Positions 58,442 through 64,000 of a stretch of 64,000 nucleotides of DNA are shown piece by piece. The translations under genes and the position numbers were made by a program. Position 1 is the stretch's first letter. Each line of letters opens with the position of its first letter. The DNA comes from Escherichia phage 55. Under the pieces are notes generated by a model. That model saw only the letters and a list, made by a program, of their open reading frames with translations, ran no database searches and was not told the origin of the DNA. The DNA lies in sequence record OQ599310. One strand, 5' to 3'.

Positions 58442-59620
58442 ATGAGTACAGTTTTTAATACCCAAAAAGTTGATGTTTTGAATGAACCAATGTTCTTTGG
58501 TTCCGGTCTTGGCCTTGCGCGTTACGATATTCAACGCCATAAAGTTTTTGAAGAGCTTATTGAAAAGCAATTGTCGTTTTTTTGGCGCCCTGAAGAGGTA
58601 AACTTGATGTTGGACTCTGCGCAGTTCAATAAGCTTCCACAGTTCCAACAGAACATCTTTACGAACAACCTTAAGTATCAATCATTATTGGATTCTATCC
58701 AAGGCAGGGCACCATCTGCGGTACTTATGGCATTGCTTTCCGACCCTTCATTAGATACATGGGTTGCTACATGGACATTCAGTGAAACCATTCACTCTCG
58801 TTCATATACTCATATCATGCGAAATCTTTATACTGATCCATCGAAGGTATTTGATGAGATTGTATTAGATGAAGCAATTATGAAACGTGCGGAATCAATC
58901 GGCAAATATTATGATGATGTTCTAGTTAAAACACGTGAATGGGAAAATGCTAAAGAAATTTTTAAATGTTTTTCCGAAAATGAATATGATTTGGATGCAT
59001 ATTCAAATAGTCTTATGCATGTGGAAGAATGTAAACGTGCATTAATGAAGTCTCTTTATCTCTGCTTACACGTTATTAACGCCTTAGAAGCTATTCGTTT
59101 TTACGTATCATTTGCATGTACTTTCAACTTCCATAAGAACATGGAAATCATGGAAGGTAATGCAAAGATTATGAAGTTTATCGCTCGTGACGAACAACTC
59201 CACCTTAAAGGCACTCAGTACATTATTCGACAGCTCCAACTTGGTGTTGATGGGGATGAATGGGTTCAAATTGCTAAAGAGTGTGAGCAAGAAGCAGTAG
59301 ATATCTTTATGGAAGTAAATAGTCAAGAGAAGGAATGGGCTGCACACCTCTTTAAAGACGGTACATGTCCAGGTATCAATACGCAGAGTATGTGTGCTTT
59401 TGTTGATTACTTGACTGTGTCTCGTATGAAACAGTGCGGTTTGCCATGCCCAATCACTGATGCTCCGACCAAGCATCCGTATCCTTGGATTCGTGAATAT
59501 CTGAACTCTGATTTAGTTCAAGCAGCTCCTCAGGAAGTTGAAATCAGTTCTTATCTTGTCGCACAAATTGATAATGATGTAGACCAAAATGTAATCAATT
59601 CATACAAAAAATATTTCTAA
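58442..59620 (+). CDS. nrdB: ribonucleotide reductase class Ia beta subunit, uninterrupted
   Basis: 392 aa ferritin-like diiron protein (SETIHSRSYTHI); continuous ORF. Confidence 0.95.
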   Translation: MSTVFNTQKVDVLNEPMFFGSGLGLARYDIQRHKVFEELIEKQLSFFWRPEEVNLMLDSAQFNKLPQFQQNIFTNNLKYQSLLDSIQGRAPSAVLMALLSDPSLDTWVATWTFSETIHSRSYTHIMRNLYTDPSKVFDEIVLDEAIMKRAESIGKYYDDVLVKTREWENAKEIFKCFSENEYDLDAYSNSLMHVEECKRALMKSLYLCLHVINALEAIRFYVSFACTFNFHKNMEIMEGNAKIMKFIARDEQLHLKGTQYIIRQLQLGVDGDEWVQIAKECEQEAVDIFMEVNSQEKEWAAHLFKDGTCPGINTQSMCAFVDYLTVSRMKQCGLPCPITDAPTKHPYPWIREYLNSDLVQAAPQEVEISSYLVAQIDNDVDQNVINSYKKYF

Positions 59621-59624
59621 GGAC

Positions 59625-59646
59625 GGGACTTCGGTCCCACTTTATT
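59625..59646 (+). terminator. stem-loop GGGACTTCGGTCCC after nrdB
   Basis: hairpin with UUCG loop, weak T tail. Confidence 0.45.
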
Positions 59647-60057
59647 ATGAAAGATATTGCCGCCGAATATTCCTTTATTAAATATACAGAATTGGAGCTA
59701 TTAGAAGATGCAACAATTAAAACAGTTGATGTCCCTAATAAGAAAAATGTCATATATGCTATTGCTATAGACGATGAACTTGTGTATATTGGTAAAACCA
59801 AGAATTTAAAGAAACGCATTAACTATTATCGAACAGCCATAAATCGAAAAGACCAGACTTCAGATTCAAGAAAATCACTTATGATTTTGGATGCCTTAAT
59901 GCAAGGCAAAAAGGTTGAATTCTGGGCCCGCCAATGTTTTGACCTTTCAGTCACCAACGAACTTGGTTCAATGACCATCGCAACAATGGACCTTGAAGAA
60001 CCGCTTTTTATCAAAAAGTTCAACCCGCCTTGGAATATCCAACATAAGAAAAAGTAG
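59647..60057 (+). CDS. denA: endonuclease II (GIY-YIG family)
   Basis: 136 aa; position after nrdB; VIYAIAIDDELVYIGKT GIY-YIG-like. Confidence 0.75.
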   Translation: MKDIAAEYSFIKYTELELLEDATIKTVDVPNKKNVIYAIAIDDELVYIGKTKNLKKRINYYRTAINRKDQTSDSRKSLMILDALMQGKKVEFWARQCFDLSVTNELGSMTIATMDLEEPLFIKKFNPPWNIQHKKK

Positions 60058-60086
60058 TTTACACACCACAAGGATTGTGGTACAAT
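60057..60086 (+). promoter_or_regulatory. T4-type early promoter with CCACAA/TTGTGG inverted repeat
   Basis: GTTTAC then TACAAT at 18 bp. Confidence 0.5.
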
Positions 60087-60102
60087 TTAAAAAACTAACT
60101 GA

Positions 60103-61236
<1,134 letters not shown>

Positions 61237-61238
61237 TG

Positions 61239-61268
61239 GTTTACAAACACCAAGGAAGGTGTTACTAT
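61239..61268 (+). promoter_or_regulatory. T4-type early promoter with ACACC/GGTGT inverted repeat
   Basis: GTTTAC then TACTAT at 18 bp. Confidence 0.5.
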
Positions 61269-61298
61269 GGCTTTTATCAATAACACGAGGAGAAAATT

Positions 61299-61799
61299 AT
61301 GAATATGCAATTGATTACTAACGATATGGTCGTAACCGCTTTTGGAGACACAACTGACGGAATCCGGGTCTTTAAGAAAGGACGTCCAGTTGGTTATCTT
61401 ACTGACCTACGTGTTACACTGGCCAAAAATCTTAAAAAGAAAGTAAAACAAAAAGAGTATTCCACCCGATACGTTGAAGAGAAACGTGAAGCAATGCCGG
61501 AAGCAGTTAATGCTATGGTAGAATTTCTTCAAAACAATTTGACTAAATATGACGCTAATGTGTTCATTAATATTAGTCAACCAAACGTACATATCGCAGG
61601 TATAAAATTCTACATTATTTGCGACCCTCTTACTGACAAATTTAATCGTCTTGGAATCTCAAGTCCATATCATACAGCAGAAGAGTTGTGTGTATTGTTT
61701 GAATCATACAAAATCCAGTGTGATGGGCCTAAAACGGTTCTTATCAATGGATTATCCCGAGACGAAATCATTGAGATTATTCAAACATGCTTAAAGTAA
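61299..61799 (+). CDS. alc: Alc-like protein (assignment by position)
   Basis: 166 aa directly after gene 63 as alc is in T4; no motif-level confirmation. Confidence 0.45.
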   Translation: MNMQLITNDMVVTAFGDTTDGIRVFKKGRPVGYLTDLRVTLAKNLKKKVKQKEYSTRYVEEKREAMPEAVNAMVEFLQNNLTKYDANVFINISQPNVHIAGIKFYIICDPLTDKFNRLGISSPYHTAEELCVLFESYKIQCDGPKTVLINGLSRDEIIEIIQTCLK

Positions 61800-62143
61800 A
61801 TGCATCATATATTGTAGTGGCAGCTTTTGCGGTTGTTGCTACTGTAACAATAGCATTTCTGAACCATAAAGTCGATTCGCTGAATACCGAATTGGCTACA
61901 GTAAAAGAGACTGCTAATAACAACGCTAAAGCGTTAGATGACTTCAAAGCTCAATATCAGTCAATCGAAGAAATGACTTATAAGAATCGTGTTTTAGTTG
62001 ACCAACTTAAGGCTGAAAATGAAAAGCTCCGTAAGGATTCGAAGAAGAAGAACGTGGTGGCAAGTAAACCAGGATTGGTCGAAAAACAAATCAACAAGTC
62101 CTTCGATTCCTTTGCAGAAGACCTCAGGAAGCTCTCAGAATGA
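61787..62143 (+). CDS. membrane-anchored coiled-coil protein
   Basis: N-terminal hydrophobic helix then charged helical region. Confidence 0.4.
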   Translation: MLKVNASYIVVAAFAVVATVTIAFLNHKVDSLNTELATVKETANNNAKALDDFKAQYQSIEEMTYKNRVLVDQLKAENEKLRKDSKKKNVVASKPGLVEKQINKSFDSFAEDLRKLSE

Positions 62144-62430
62144 TTAAATTAACCGCAGTTGTATTATCTATTGGTATTTTGGCTGGATGTGCCCAGGCTG
62201 TGCCCTTAAGCCCTAAAGAAACTTTACATCCGCCATGGCCTGAATCTATTGTTGAATATAACCAGAAATGGCAAGTAAAGGTTATTGATGGTAATCCATG
62301 GGTTGGAATGCCATTTGAAGACTCTCAAGAATTTCGTATCTGGTTAAACGACGTAAAAAGATATGTACATGACCAGAAGACTATGTTATGTTATTATCGT
62401 AGTGGTTTAAAAGAGGAAAAATGCCAATGA
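62140..62430 (+). CDS. putative lipoprotein
   Basis: MIKLTAVVLSIGILAGC signal peptide plus lipobox. Confidence 0.5.
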   Translation: MIKLTAVVLSIGILAGCAQAVPLSPKETLHPPWPESIVEYNQKWQVKVIDGNPWVGMPFEDSQEFRIWLNDVKRYVHDQKTMLCYYRSGLKEEKCQ

Positions 62431-62645
62431 CTAAAGAACAGCATGAATACATTAAAGGGCTTATCTATGAATCTGAAATGGCGGCTATGATTTATGGGCG
62501 CCAGATTCAACGATTAGAATCTTTGCCTCCGACTAATGACCGATTGTTAGTTCAGTCTCGTGCTAATCTGAAAAATGAATATCAGAATAAGTGGGCAGTA
62601 GCGACTAAAGCTCTTCACGAGTATATTGAATCTTTAGTAAAATAG
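62421..62645 (+). CDS. hypothetical protein
   Basis: ORF. Confidence 0.4.
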   Translation: MPMTKEQHEYIKGLIYESEMAAMIYGRQIQRLESLPPTNDRLLVQSRANLKNEYQNKWAVATKALHEYIESLVK

Positions 62646-62674
62646 TTTACAAACTCTCAGGAGCAGAGTATAAT
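62645..62674 (+). promoter_or_regulatory. early promoter; -10 TATAAT inside AGGAGCA/TGCTCCT inverted repeat (paralog of the 33039 promoter)
   Basis: GTTTAC at 62645-62650, TATAAT at 62669-62674. Confidence 0.55.
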
Positions 62675-62702
62675 GCTCCTATGGATAATTGAGGAAATCT
62701 AA

Positions 62703-63001
62703 ATGAAAACATTACTAGAGAATTACATCAAACGGTCTGATGAGTATATTGTTATCTGTCGTGGAATGTCACTTGGCAATTATGACAAAGATGCAGCAAA
62801 GGCACTAGATGAAGCAGGTAAAGCTCTTCGTAAAGCTGCTAAAGAAAAAGGGTTGGATTTGCAACAACTCAAAAGTCATATGATTAAATTTATTTCTTCA
62901 AACGTTAGAAGTACGTCAATTAATAAAAACGTTGCTGAAATTAATAAAGACCGGCGCGAGCATAACATTCGTATTCTTGAAATTTTCTTAGGAATAAAAT
63001 A

Positions 63002-63002
<1 letters not shown>
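62703..63002 (+). CDS. hypothetical protein
   Basis: ORF. Confidence 0.4.

Positions 63003-64000
<998 letters not shown>

Overview
This window reads as a contiguous stretch of a T4-like (Tevenvirinae) myovirus genome, in reverse orientation relative to the standard T4 map. All calls are from reading the translated ORFs and the DNA by eye against remembered T4 proteins and family motifs; no searches were run. Gene order on the + strand is: dCMP hydroxymethylase (gene 42), uvsX, 40, 41, 61, 56, soc, modB/modA-like ADP-ribosyltransferases, dda, dexA, fused topoisomerase gene 39, rIIA, rIIB, ndd-like, 52, motA, asiA; then on the - strand the lysis and long-tail-fibre block t, 38, 37, 36, 35, 34; then again on + rnh, dsbA, 33, a free-standing GIY-YIG homing endonuclease, 59, 32, frd, td (no intron), nrdA, nrdB (no intron), denA, rnlA (gene 63), alc-like and the 5' part of pseT. 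The standout is the first 6.3 kb: where T4 has imm/43 upstream of gene 42 and beta-glucosyltransferase downstream, this phage has a KpsF/KdsD-type SIS sugar-phosphate isomerase (5' truncated by the window edge), a fused sugar-1-phosphate nucleotidyltransferase/anomeric-kinase protein, a HAD phosphatase, a Cys-rich U32-like protein, a novel 299-aa protein in the beta-gt slot and a thymidylate-kinase-like P-loop kinase, with a GT-B-like glycosyltransferase candidate between gene 39 and rIIA. Together with genes 42, 56, denA and alc this looks like a self-contained pathway making a nucleotide-activated pentose (most plausibly D-arabinose) to glycosylate 5-hydroxymethylcytosine DNA; arabinosyl-hmC has been reported for phage RB69, but the enzyme set inferred here should be treated as a hypothesis. 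The window is also dense with T4-type early promoters (GTTTAC -35, TAtAAT-like -10) whose -10 sits inside inverted repeats, UUCG-type terminator hairpins, duplicated promoter cassettes, tandem paralog arrays and small membrane/lipoprotein ORFs in the hyperplastic regions.
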